Shown here: in pieces, positions 27,029 to 54,702 of the stretch
How positions within the stretch are numbered: the first letter of the stretch is position 1
Layout of the letters: each line of letters opens with the position of its first letter
Source of the DNA: Amoebidium appalachense
Lineage: Eukaryota; Protista; Ichthyosporea
Direction: 5' to 3'
Assembly (NCBI GenBank): GCA_963693365.1
Contig: CAVNZM010000012.1
Span: 2,728,001 to 2,792,000, forward strand
DNA length: 64,000 bases
Program-made: the position numbers and the translations under genes
Notes under the pieces: model-generated
The model's database searches: none
Told to the model about the DNA's origin: nothing
What the model saw: the letters and a program-made list of their open reading frames with translations, nothing else

Positions 27029-27299
27029 TTCCCCCATCCTTAGACCAAGCTAAGGGTGGTAGAACTTAGGTTGGTACTGTAAATAATATGCCATACACCG
27101 ACTGCTATATAATAAAGACCATCTATACTGTGTAAAAAAAAAGGGGGGGGGGGGTAACCAGGAAACCTTTCCCCAGAACTGGAACCCTTTCAGTGTCACC
27201 ATGAGAGCTATAGCCATTCTGGTGGCTTGGGGGGTCAGGGTGAACACTGCCCATTTCCCAAGTGGGAATTACAACACACGGGTGTGTTGTGATCAAGAG

Positions 27300-28672
27300 G
27301 TCTGCATGCGTGTTGACAGAGGCCATCTGCCAGTATTGACTGATAGCTTCTTTTGCGCCCGGTGTCTCTGAAAGTTCATTTTCAGTCTCCCAAAGTATCC
27401 GTTTGGCGTCTTGTGTCTGCCAGACTATTTTGTATTCGACAACACTTGCGCCAGAACGCAATTGTTTCGTACAGCGAGCAAGAACTCTCTCGATAGCACC
27501 CTTCGTTGTCACTCCGGGAAGGAGTACCACTGCTCGCTGCAGGGGCAGACTGCCTGTTATTCTCGCTATCAACTGCATGCGCGGTGTGGGGCTGAGCCTC
27601 ACCAGCACCGGTTGCAAGTTGATTTGGTTTCGGCTGGCCAGCGCTTGGAGCGAGAGACAGGTGAGCAGGGCGAGCCTCGGTATGTACCGTGTAAGTTTCT
27701 CGGCATGTACTGTGCGAATATCATTCGCATCGTTTGTGTTTACCACCCGGTAGGTAATTCCCTCATTCATGCGTGCAAGTACACGGAATGGGTCCTTTTC
27801 GTTGAAATGGCCGAATTTCTTTTCCACGCCTGTGACTTGCCGTTTTTGTTGCACCACAACCAAGTCATCCACCTGATAGGATGGTGCTTGTGCGTTATTG
27901 CTGTTGTGGCGGTCACGATTTGCGAGTGCGGCCTCCGCAATATACGCTTTCACTGTTGTCCATGCGACAGACAGTTTCTCAAGTAACTGTTGCCGGTATT
28001 GGGCAACATGTGGTTTCATGCGCGTTTCGCGGGGACGCAGAGACACGTCTGTGGGCAGGAGAGGGTCTGGCCCGTAGATGAGGTAAAAGGGTGTCTCTTT
28101 TGTGACTGCATGCTTGGCCGTCCGGTAGGCCAGAAGCTTGTATGGCAAGTAGTCATCCCAGTTCGTTTTCTTTTCAGAAACAAACTTGGCAAGCATGTTA
28201 ACCAGTGTCTAGTTGGGTCTTTCGACCATTCCATTTGATTGTGGATGGTAAGAGGTCGTTTGCAGTGCGTTTTGAGTATTCTGCAGACTTCTTTGAAGAG
28301 GTCTGAGGTGGAAATTACTGCCGCGGTCAGACCGCAGGAAATCGATGATGCTCCTTGGCGTGAGACCACTTCGCACATCAAAACGCTCGCAATGGTGGCT
28401 GCATCAATGTCCTTGAGGGCAAAAGCCTCAGGCCATTTTGTGAACATGTCGATGAACACAAGTATGTACATGTTCTTGTTGCGTGTAGCTGGCTTGAGTG
28501 GGACAACAATGTCCACAGCAACATACTCGAATGGACACGATGGGTGCACATTCGGTTGTAGGGGGATGCGCCTGTTTTTGCGTGGAGCATGCCTGCTCTG
28601 GCACGTGTTGCAACTTTTGCAATAGACCTCAGTGTCTGAGTACATACGTGGCCAGAAATATCTGGACCACAC
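27300..28672 (-). pseudogene. Retrotransposon integrase (Zn finger, DDE core, GPF/Y-like motif, chromodomain), frameshifted
   Basis: Motifs FWPRMYSDTEVYCKSCNTCQ, PFEYVAVDIV, YILVFIDMFTKWPEAFAL, WDDYLPYKLLAYRTAKHAVTKETPFYLIYG, DPFRVLAR and a chromo-like IERVLAR...EYKIVWQ...WETENEL are spread over several frames. Confidence 0.88.
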
Positions 28673-28679
28673 CCGGTTA

Positions 28680-29742
28680 AATGTTTAGTCCCCTTGTTTG
28701 GTTTGTGGGGGCAGCCCGTGTGTTTGTGCTGCGCGTACGCGGCACGACGGTCTTTGTCCCCGGACTGGTAACAGTGCCCACAAGCATTTTTCATCTTGCA
28801 CTGATCATACGTATGGTCAGACTTAGGACCGTGCACAAAACACTTAGAGGGTTGTTTGTAGGGCTTTTCGCGCGTTTGTTTCCCAGCACCAGGCTGTTTC
28901 TGCGTCTTGCCCCCCCCGTTATGCTGAGTTGCTAACACTTTCTCTGCACGTGTCTGTGCCTCACGTGCCACCTGGGCATCGTGGTTCAGCAGACAGTTAT
29001 ATATACCCTCATGTGTACGTTCCTCTTGCTTAGTAAGAGTAGCCATAACATGGTTCGTTGAGGCCGGGTCGAGCTTGTCGAGAAGGACGAAGGCCAGCAT
29101 GGTCTTGTCGTTGGTGCTAACCCGGTTCTGGGTGGCCAGATTCTCGAACCGTGGGCGGAAGTCAAGAATGGGCTCACCGTCGGTGCGACGAAGGTCGACC
29201 CAGAGGTTCTGGTAGTCCGTCTCACGGGTCTGGTTGTTGAACCTTGCCGAAAGTTTTGCCGTAGCTTCGGCGAGCGTGGTAATGGTGGACAAGTTCTCGG
29301 TCACCCACTGGTTTATGTTGGCGGCGGGGCCGACTACTTGCTGCTTGAGCACCTGAGCATACTCCTGTTCGGGGAACTTGAGAGCGTTCCAGTACTGCTC
29401 GGTGGCTTTGGCCCACAGCTCGACGTTGTCGAAGACAAGAATGCTGGGGTCGAACGATCCGTGAGGGATAGATTCGATGCCGAGGACCGCCAGCCTGGGG
29501 GCCGACTTCAACGTTAGCTGCTTCTCGTAGATGGTTGCCACGGTTTTGGCAGCCTGAGGGGGCTGTTGAGCGGGTTGGGCCTGCTGCTGCACGAACACGC
29601 ATGGCCACTTCTTTCTCGGCGTTGAGCTTGATCGTTGTTTGCTGCAGCTCAGCCTCGAGCTCTTGCACCCGTTCCTCCGCAGTGATGCGGTCGGTGGTGA
29701 CCTGGTCGAGCCGATTGCGAAAGAAACGTGCAGCCTATTCAA
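28680..29742 (-). pseudogene. gag-like ORF of the gypsy element
   Basis: Coiled-coil N-terminus (ELEAELQQTTIKLNAEKE), a capsid-like LRRTDGEPILDFRPRFENL segment and C-terminal CFVHGPKSDHTYDQC / CGHC...H...C knuckles. It lies directly upstream of the integrase on the same strand. Confidence 0.7.
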
Positions 29743-30554
29743 TAATACAAAAAAGCTTCTCTCGAGCTCACTTTGAAGTATCCAAGTGGCACTGGGATAT
29801 CACAAAATTCAGCAGTACTAGTGAGTATAATAAGAGATGGTGGGGGATCCGGAATTTAGCAGGTGGGCATGTGGGGGAGTACATGGCCACGGTGTCACTG
29901 AGATACATAGCACGATGACTCCCCATAATGATAGGTGGAGATGGCCCCCCCCACGTCCCCGGGTCCAACGGGGGCTTTTTTTTTTTTTTGTGGGGGGGGG
30001 GGGGGGGGGGGAAGGGGGGAAGGAGGGAGGGGGGAGGAGAGGGAGCGCCCCCCCCGGGGGGGGGGGGGGGGGGGGGGGGGGAGGGGGAGGAGGGGGTGGG
30101 GGAGAGGAGGGGGATGGGGAATCCGGAGGAACCTGCAGCCGGGGGAGGGTAGTGGGTAGTGGCGGGCCAGTAATGTGGGTGGATGTGGAGACTGGCGGCG
30201 GGGAGGAGGGGGAACCGGGTGGGGGAGAGAGAGGGATAGAGAGGGGAGGATATGGAAATTTTGGGGGGCCGGCGCCCGGCCCGGCGGAGGGGGAAGGGCC
30301 CGGGGCCGGGGGCCGGGGGAGGAGGGGGGGGGGGGGGGGGGGGGAGGGTTGGTATGTATCCCAGCCCGAGGTTTTTATGGCTTCTTAGACACCGGAAGGC
30401 ATTGCTGTGTTGTTATGTCGTTGGTTTGTCGATAATTATGGCTGCAGAACAAGGCCTCCTCAACGTTGCCTCCGCAGAAACCTTGAAGCGAGTTTCACTT
30501 TCGAACATTCAAAAATGGCGGGTTTTCTAATGGTGATTTAATTGGACCATTATG

Positions 30555-30630
30555 ACCCAATCAGACACATTCTAAAAGATGATTGGTTACCAATCCTTGT
30601 TACGTATTTCCACGTGGCGTGCTATAAAAG
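30555..30630 (+). promoter_or_regulatory. Putative HisRS core promoter (CCAAT boxes, E-box CACGTG, TATAAAA)
   Basis: CCAAT near 30557 and 30590, CACGTG at 30611-30616 and TATAAAA at 30623-30629, ~85 nt upstream of the ATG. These are motif matches only. Confidence 0.4.
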
Positions 30631-30711
30631 CTGAAACTCCTGCTTCAAACTCTCGTTTTTTTTTTTTCCTGAGAGCTCACCCACTTCATCTTTACCTTCA
30701 CTAATAGAAAA

Positions 30712-46052
<15,341 letters not shown>

Positions 46053-46922
46053 TCGAACCTATTGGCATCTTTAAAGTGGACTTGCCTGAGGCATGATTTT
46101 GGGAACAGATAATTGGCTAACTAAATTTATTTGACCAATCATCTCGTAACTGAATGTGGACGGATGTTATGATTGGGCAGTGTTACGGACCACCCTGCCT
46201 TAGAATTTTAAGAATTTCGGACAACGAATGAAGCCACACACTTCGTGCTACACGTGTGATTATCCTGATGACATTTGGAGGAAACCATCCAATGATCTGG
46301 CGTTGTTAAAACTTCTGGTCTTTTGAACTGCTGGGGAGTCACCGGAGTGTTGGTGTGACAAATACCACAGGCCGGTTTCTGGAAGACCGGTAGCTCGTGG
46401 TGAATAAATAATGGCTGGCTGGCCGCCATCGATCAAGAATGGAATTGTCCGTGAATGTTCTGTAAAATCGTACGATTTCAACTCTGCCTCCCCTTACTTG
46501 ACCTGTTGGGTGTGTGCATGCGGGAAGGCTCACTCCCTCCCTCCCTCACTCACTCATCACCTCACTCAGCACTACACACAGACACAGACACTCCATATAC
46601 TGGAAAACGCATGCACACACACAGACCTCAGTAGTACACATACCCGGGCACACGTGCCAAATGGTCACAGGGGCGCGTACGGGCGCGCACACACACGCAG
46701 GCACACACACATGCACTCATGCATGCACAAATTCAAAGCCCGCGCGCCACACACACACACACACACACACGCACGCACACCCATGCACGCACGCACACAC
46801 GCACGCACGCACGCACGCACGCACGCACACGCACACACGCACACACACACACACACGCGCGCGCGCACACACACACACGCACGCACGCACGCACGCATGC
46901 TGGCACGCACGCACACATGCAT

Positions 46923-46993
<71 letters not shown>

Positions 46994-47019
46994 GATGCAC
47001 GCACACACACACGCACACA

Positions 47020-47070
<51 letters not shown>

Positions 47071-47763
47071 CAGTGCATCCACTCACAGCTCAATCGGCAT
47101 CCCGTTGCGAGACTGAGGTGACGCGTGCATGAACACACTAGTCCCGTGTCGTGTGGTGTTGTCGGCAGATGCGCAGATGCGCATGCGCAGATGCGAGTCC
47201 AGGTTAAAGCACACCATTGTGGCAGAATTTCACAAGAATAAGAGTGATCAATATTGATACGTATGTTACTGTGGCCGAGAGCGGAAACGACGTGAAGTTG
47301 TTGGTGCCTGCACCACAAGACATTGTGGGCCGTGGGCATGCAAGTTTCTCATTTTGTGCATGCAGGTTGGTCATTTAAAAGCCGCTGAATGGAAACAAAC
47401 ATGCCATGATGCAAGAAATATCGGCCTGGCATTAGCCGCTGGCACGGATATCGATGTCATTGTAAAGATTCATATGAATGCATTCAAATGTGACAATTTC
47501 TCAGTTTACTCATTCAATATATTTACCAGCTGACCAGCACACTGGAATTCACTCGGAATCACCGCGCACAGCGCTGTATATGTATATACTAATATTAATA
47601 AATGAACACCGGCCTTCATTCAGGAACACGGTCTTGTGACAACTTCATACACACCTTAAATAATTTTTTTTAATTTTTTAACCTAAAAAATTGTCAGCCT
47701 CACAAAATGACATTATGTGTGCTATATGTAAAAAAAGAAAAGGACGTTAAATTTTGAACCAAT

Positions 47764-49388
47764 TTATGGGAAACCGGGGTTGAAGTTGGGGGCATTGGCA
47801 CCAAAAGCGCAGATCAAACCAGCGACAGTTCCGGCAAATGGCAGAGTAAAAATCCAGCCAAACAGGCAAATGCAAACCATCTTCCAGTTGATGGCCTTTG
47901 CATCGCCATTGCACAGACCAACTGCAGCCGTGGCACCTGTGATGCAGTGGGTGGTGGATACGGGCAGGCCGAGGTAGGACGCAGTCAACACCGTAACCAT
48001 TGCAGCAAGCTCCATCGAGAACCCACGAGAAGGCGACATGTATGTCATGTTGTTGCCGAGCGACCGCATGATGTGGTATCCGTAGAGAAGGAGACCAACG
48101 TTGATGCCCAGGCCGCCATATGCAAGCATCCACGTCTCAACTGGAGCACCCTTAGCCGCGACAGTTCCCGTCTGGTAGATGTAGTAGATGCTGGCAAGGG
48201 GGGCAATGGCGTTACCGACGTCATTTGCACCGTGGGAGAAGGATGCCATGGCAGAGGTGAAGACCTGCAGCCACTCAAAAACACGCTCAACCTTGGGCTC
48301 ATACTTGGACGCACGGGCATGAGCGTCGGCCATCTTATCGCTGCGGTACTCCCGAACCTCATGGTTTAACCCACTCAGGATGGTCTTGTCAGCCCAGTGC
48401 TTGATGAATGCCTTCTTGTTGTTGGCCCATGTTGGATTAACTTGTTGGGTTGCGCTCTCCTCGCCAATCTGGCTGCCGTTCACCGTGACGTCCAAAGTCA
48501 CAGAGTCAGGGTTTGAGTTCTTTCCTTTACCGTCTACACCAGCGGCTTCGGCGGCAGCGGCAGCGCGCTCGGCCTCAGCACGTGTAGCTTCCTGCTCAGA
48601 AATTTGCTTCTCCTTGCGCTTGAAGTAGGGGATGATCACAAACAGACCAACGAGACCAGCAAGGGCAGTGCCACCGAGAATAATGGCCAACTGCACGCCA
48701 ATGGGCTTCTGGTCGAGCTTGAGTGACGGGGTGCCCTTTTTAACCCAAAACGCCATGACCAGGGCGGCAGTGCCCATGCCGTAGATGGGTGTGGTGTAAA
48801 GGGCACGCTTGTATGCGTTGGGGCTCTCGAGGATGAGGTACTTGGTTGACAGGTAGATGATGCATGCAAACACACCAGCGATGGCGGGTGAGATGGCAAA
48901 CGAGGCCAAAACCTTGCCGATGCCATCGTACGACCAGTTCACGGCGCTGATGCCAATGCCGCAACTCCAACACCAATGACGGCACCGACGATGGAATGGG
49001 TGGTTGAAACAGGCATGGCCAACTTGGTGGCCAGAATCACCCAACTGGTGCTACCAATCATGGCGCACAGCATGCTGAACATGAGAAGATCGGGCCGGCT
49101 GTTGTACTTGGTCATGTTGATAATGTCGCCACCAATGGTCTTGGCTGTGTTGGCACCCAGGGCAATAGCGCCGAGAAATTCAGTGAAGAAGGCAATAACA
49201 CACACTTGACCGAGGGTGAGAGTCCCTGCACCAACGGCAGTGGCAAAGGAGTTGGCAACATCATTGGCACCGATGGAGAAGGAATCGAGGAATGCAATGA
49301 TCATTGCCAAAACGTAGATCCACTGGAGAGAGTGTGGGGCCATGATGACGGTGCCAACCACCTCTCTGGCGACCATGAGGTGATCCAT
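47764..49388 (-). CDS. PiT/PHO4-family (Pho89/SLC20-like) phosphate transporter, copy A, intronless
   Basis: Both signature motifs (GANDVANSF and HGANDVGNAIAPL) and both PVSTTH motifs are present. A frameshift at 48955-48956 (AA instead of AAA) is repaired by one base to VAAFGISAVNWSY, collinear with copy B. Confidence 0.92.
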
Positions 49389-50842
49389 TCTTGAAGTTAG
49401 TGATGAATCACTGAGATGTTGAAGCTGGTAGTTTGTAGGAGCAGTCTACGTAGAAAACACACGCACTTGCAACGTCACAACAACAACGTTGGAGCAGTCA
49501 GATGATCAACAGCTGAAATGGGTGAGCCGCGCCTTCTATACAAACCTGCCAGGAACTATCCGGAAAACCGGGGGAGTAAATCTAAGACTATCTTTGGGTA
49601 AATAAAACTGAACCGGGCTAGGGCGGGGTTTAAACTTTAAAGGCAACTCTAATTCTATCTAAGAAATGTGACAAGTATTAAATATACATTTTTTCTAGCA
49701 TTGAGAGAATAAATAAACAATGAAAATTATGTTTAGGTATGATTAGACGTGCTAGCCTAAAATTTACCACTTTAGCCTGTGTAAACGAGCGAAGCTGTGC
49801 TTGGAATATCTTAAATATAGTTATCCAGCAGCACTCTACATTTTGTTGCAAATTTGCTGTAATTCATTCTCACTTTTGGCCAATCAAAAGCGCCAATCTA
49901 CCACGCTGTGCCTTTTTCAAATTTAATTGGCTTGCTTTGCAACCATAAAATTGCCCCACGGTGCCCCCACCGCCAACGTGTATGCCCGATGGGAACTAGA
50001 ATTCACAGAATTTCGAATTCGCGTCTCGTTGTATGGAATAAATGGATTATGATATAATACTTTAACGCTCTTATTATTGAAATGACAATTTTGCAGCTGT
50101 CTTATGGGATTTATACACTATCCAAAGTTGCGTTGAATGCAACGCCAGGGCGGCCAGGCAACTCACGTCTCGTTAACACTGGTCCACAGCTAAGATACGA
50201 TTCTCTGTACGCCGAAACTGAATGGCATGATGGGCCGTCCGAGAGACGTTATGACGTCACCGGTTCCTGATCAGATCCCCACGTGCACCTTGTCCGAAGA
50301 CTACTAAAGAGCCGCCCTGAGAGGCGAAAATTATAATAATGAAACTACCTGATTATAAGGTTACACTCGTATTGGACATCATATATTTTTTTCGACGCGT
50401 GCATATAGACATAGATAGGCCCTCACGAGTCACGGCCATGAAACGGCCTTACGATGCGTGTGTGAGCGGCAATGGCCCTGCAGGTTGCAGCCTGGCCACT
50501 GCCCCAGGCTTGCCCAGGCCACCAATCAGATGCACCCACATGCGTAACAATGGCATGCGCATGCGCGCCTAAAATCCCCCCTCCCCGGCCCCCCCCCCCC
50601 CCCCCCCCTCCTCTGTCGTCCTCCCGGGACCCTTGCATCACTGATCAGGATGAAAAACTTAAATACTTAAATTCAATGCCGCAAACGTGAGTGATCTCGA
50701 GGGTAGCTGAGCCCCTGTGGTGTTGGAGGTGAAGATGGGGAGGCCGGGCCTGGGCGGCGGGCGGTGGGCGGCGGGCGGCCGGGCGGGTGGCAAGGCAGGC
50801 TGCAGGGGGGGGAGCCGGAGGGGTGGCCCGGGGTGGGGTAAA

Positions 50843-50886
<44 letters not shown>

Positions 50887-51391
50887 TCTGACAAAAGGTG
50901 AAGGCCAGACAGGTTGTTACTCAAAATTGTTCCACTCCGAGTCTCAGAGGCCCTCCTGAGCTCCCCCCCCCCTCCCCCCCTCCCCCTCCCCCCCCCCCCT
51001 CCCCCTCTCCCCCCCCCCCCCCTCTCTCATTCTCTCTCTCTCTCCATCTCTGACACGCTGGGTACCGGGCAAACTTTAATCAATGATTTATACTATACTA
51101 ATCATGAAAACAGGCTTTACACTTTCTTTTTTCAGTATACATTTTCACTCATGGACCTCCCCCCCCCCGTTTTCCCTACCACGTCTTCCCCAGCGATAAC
51201 CAACAGGTTTACACGGCCTATATTTTGGGAAACGGTGGGAGCACAGCCCCTCGTGTGCATGTGTGGCTTACTGTGTTTTCCAGCACGGCCACACACTGGA
51301 CGAGGGGCGCCGCAGGCGCCCCCAAGCGATACATATTACGGATTTATAGGATAACTATACACCCATGCCTCACTTGGGTGGACGCTTAGAC

Positions 51392-51495
51392 AAGAAGGAC
51401 AAAGATAAAACTACTAAATCAAATTTAGCCGAATTTAGGGGAAAAGAAGGACAAAGATAAAACTACTAAATTAAACTTAGCCGAATCTAAGAGAA
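51392..51495. repeat. Tandem repeat, 52-bp period, 2 diverged copies
   Basis: aagaaggacaaagataaaactactaaat(c/t)aaa(t/c)ttagccgaat starts at 51392 and again at 51444. Confidence 0.85.
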
Positions 51496-51827
51496 AATCT
51501 ATCACAAAGAACCCCTCCAAGCGGGGGGTCTCGCCTGGAAGGGAATCTACATGGGTACGAAAAGAAGCTAATGTCTAATATTACACCCCAGTTTGCGCCC
51601 AGTTTGCAGTCTTAGTGGACAGCAGAAGCCTTTCTAATGAGAGAATCCAAGCGAGTATCCCCCCCCCCCCCCCCCCCCCCCTCCCCAAACACACACTCAC
51701 TCAGCAACGACCCAGAAAAGAGGCAGAAAGAAAATAGAACCCAGAAAAGAAGCAGAAAAAATTAGAGGTGTGCGAAAAAGGCCCACACTAAGTGGAGAGA
51801 TCAACTAGCCCCCATGCACCCCTGGAC

Positions 51828-52395
51828 TCAGGCCGGGCACTGCTCAGCACGGTGCCCAATGGTCTCGCACTTTGCACAGGCAAATGCCCAGCAGCGATCT
51901 GGCCCCCGCACCACAATCTCCCCATCTAGAGCGCACTTCTGCATGCTCTCGCGCTGGGCAGCTACCAGCTTCTTGTTGGTGCAGTAGTCGAGGTACACGT
52001 TGGCGAGGTAGAACGCATACGGGTCCGGGTACCGCACAGTTGCTTTGCGGCGCTCGGCAAGGCTGTTCCAAATCTTATGCGAAACTGTGTTGTACTGATG
52101 CTGCCTTTTGAGCTGCTTGCACAGGCGCGCGTTATAGGCATCACAGCGCGACCGATTGGTTGCCTCCGACCGCTTATGCTTGTGTTGCCGTCCTTGTGCA
52201 GGGTTGAAGTGAAAACTATCGAACATCAAATATCGCTTGATTTGGCCGGTGCGATGCAGGAACCAGCGGGGCTTGCCATGTGCAAGGTCGCGAGGAAGGG
52301 CTTTGGAAGATGGCCAGTTGGGGCACATCCACCTCCTGTGGTTTACACGAGTCGATTTTTGGTTTACAGGAGTACGGGGCTCAAAAGGGTTGGGG
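51828..52395 (-). CDS. Orphan basic ORF ending in a CCHC zinc knuckle (possibly retroelement-derived); 5' end unresolved
   Basis: ~190 codons of non-repetitive, stop-free sequence ending CAKCETIGHRAEQCPA* (CX2CX4HX4C). The upstream part of the track ORF is low-complexity read-through. Confidence 0.55.
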
Positions 52396-52397
52396 GT

Positions 52398-52429
<32 letters not shown>

Positions 52430-52454
52430 CTTTTTTGGTTGGTTGGTTGGTTGG

Positions 52455-52497
<43 letters not shown>

Positions 52498-52950
52498 GGG
52501 GGGGGGGAGGGGGGTACCGGGAAGGGGGTATTCTTAGTCGGATCATCTGCGGTCAAGGTTGAATGGGTGTCTGGGTGGGGATGTTGGGTATGGGGACTTT
52601 TTTTTTTTTTTTTTTGTGGGGGGGAGAGGGGGAGAGGGGGGATAGTGTAAAGTGCAATTGTGGCTTGTGTGAGAGGATGTGTGGGAGCCTGCATAAATGT
52701 ACACATGTGCATGTATGTGCATACATACATGATGTATGCTATGTGTGACGTGTAAGTGTGTGTGTCTCTCTCCCCCTTTATCTCTCTCTGTGTGTGTGTC
52801 TGTCTGTGTGTGTGTGTGTGTGTGTGTGCGTGTGTGTGCTTCCAGGTATGTCTGTTTGTGTGTGTTTTTCGCGATGTGCGCATGCGCGTGCGAGGCATGT
52901 GCATGTGTGTACGTGTGTGTGCGTGTGTGTGTAGGTGTGTGTGTGTGTGT

Positions 52951-53007
<57 letters not shown>

Positions 53008-53020
53008 CGCGCGCGCTTTC

Positions 53021-53076
<56 letters not shown>

Positions 53077-53118
53077 TATGTGTGTATGTGTGTGTGTGTG
53101 TATGTGTGTGTGTGTGTA

Positions 53119-53153
<35 letters not shown>

Positions 53154-53850
53154 CTGGAGGCCTGCACGTAAGCCTATTTGCTAGTTAGTCTAGTACTACT
53201 GACGTCATGACACGTTTGGCACCGACTTTTTTTTTTTTTTTTTTTTTTGTAAAAAAAAAAAATCCCGTTTTGTTGTTGGTGGGTTCCTCAGGGTCCCTCA
53301 GAGGAACTACCGTCTCAGCCACCCAGCACCGACTATACTCTAACTAGGGTGCTATGGTGCCATAAGCTAAGCTAACACACCATTGCCAGTCCTAACTATT
53401 TGTACATACTTAGAGAGAGAGAGAGCCCTGAGAGAGGGGGGGGGGGGAAAGAGAGAGAGGAAGAGAGATGATAGTGAGAGAGAGAGAGAAGGGGGAGGGG
53501 GTGGAAAGGGAGAGAGAAAGGAAGAGAGGAAGAGCGAGAGTGAGAGAGAAAGGGGGACTCGTGGAGGGGGGGGGGGGGAGGGGGGAGAGGGGGGGGGGGG
53601 AGAGAGAGAGGGGGGGGGGGGGAGAGAGAGAGAGAGAAGGGGAGGGGGGAAGGGGGGGGGGGGGGGAAGAGAGAGAGACTCGGAGAGGGAGCCAGAGAGG
53701 CTCGGGGAGAGAAGGAGAGGGAGAGAGGGTGAGAGAGAGAGAGTTAGAGAGAGAGACACTCTGAGAGAGAAACGAAGAGAGAGAGTGATAGAGAAGGGGG
53801 GGGGGGGGGGGGAGAGAGAGTTATGGCCTCAGGGGGGGGGGGGGGGGGGG

Positions 53851-53894
<44 letters not shown>

Positions 53895-54009
53895 CTGAGA
53901 TAGAAAGAAAGCCTCGAGGGGAAGGATGGAGAGAAAATCTTTGGAGGGGGGGGAGTGGGGGAGAGAGTGAGAGAGAAAGAGAGCGAGAGATAGAGGGGGG
54001 GGGGGGGGG

Positions 54010-54089
<80 letters not shown>

Positions 54090-54702
54090 ATCGTAGCTTA
54101 ACTACTGAAATGGCGTAAATGACATGGTGTGTGTAAGGATGGGGTCAGTAGTAGGGGCCTAAGAGTTATGAGTCACCGAGAAGGCGCTTGAACTTAAAAT
54201 GAGCATGGCATGATCAATGATCAAACTTAGATCTAGAACCGTTGGCCTTTAGAATTTAAATCTTCTAAATTTATTCGCGAACCTACAACCGTCAGCTCAG
54301 GCCATCAGATTACATGCATTCTGACTTGGCTAGCGCTACCATACCAACTACCCATACTCAGTACATGATGTGCACACCCAGCGACATCACACTTATTAAT
54401 AACCCCCTAAAATCTTACATCGAAATCTCAGCATCGTACTTCAATGGCATATCAAAGTGGCCGGTTTCATGCCACTAATTGAAGTTTTTATTTTTTATTT
54501 TATCCCGTTTCACTCCCGGCGAGGCACTGCCTCAGGGGAGCTTACCGTCTTCCGCCTGGACACAGATCGTACTGTATAACCACTAATTGAAGCAGTTATC
54601 AATCTTTAAACAATCAACTTATGATGGCCATATTATGAATTAGATCCGTGACATCATAAATTACTAAGGATTAATGGGCATTTTTTTTTTAGAAATGAAA
54701 GT

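Larger units (their letters stand above)
26833..29745 (-). mobile_element. Degenerate, internally deleted Ty3/gypsy LTR retrotransposon with chromodomain integrase
   Basis: A gag-like ORF with Cys/His knuckles (28680-29742, frameshifted) abuts integrase fragments (27300-28672), followed by a polypurine tract and one LTR. No protease, RT or RNase H is recognisable, and no 5' LTR was found. Confidence 0.85.

Noticed and set aside
29745-29950. Expected 5' LTR and primer-binding site of the gypsy element
   Set aside because: No similarity to 26833-27028 was found; the element appears 5'-truncated.
48955-48956. Pseudogenisation of phosphate transporter copy A
   Set aside because: It is a single-base loss in a short homopolymer, with the rest of the gene intact and conserved, so more likely a sequencing error.
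50280-50285. CACGTG as a Pho4-type phosphate-response site upstream of transporter A
   Set aside because: CACGTG is common throughout this CA/TG-rich window, so a single hit is uninformative.
50290-50390. Hammerhead-like string CTAAAGA-GCC...GGC-GAAA
   Set aside because: The core lacks the invariant G (CUAAAGA instead of CUGANGA) and stem I cannot close next to the core.
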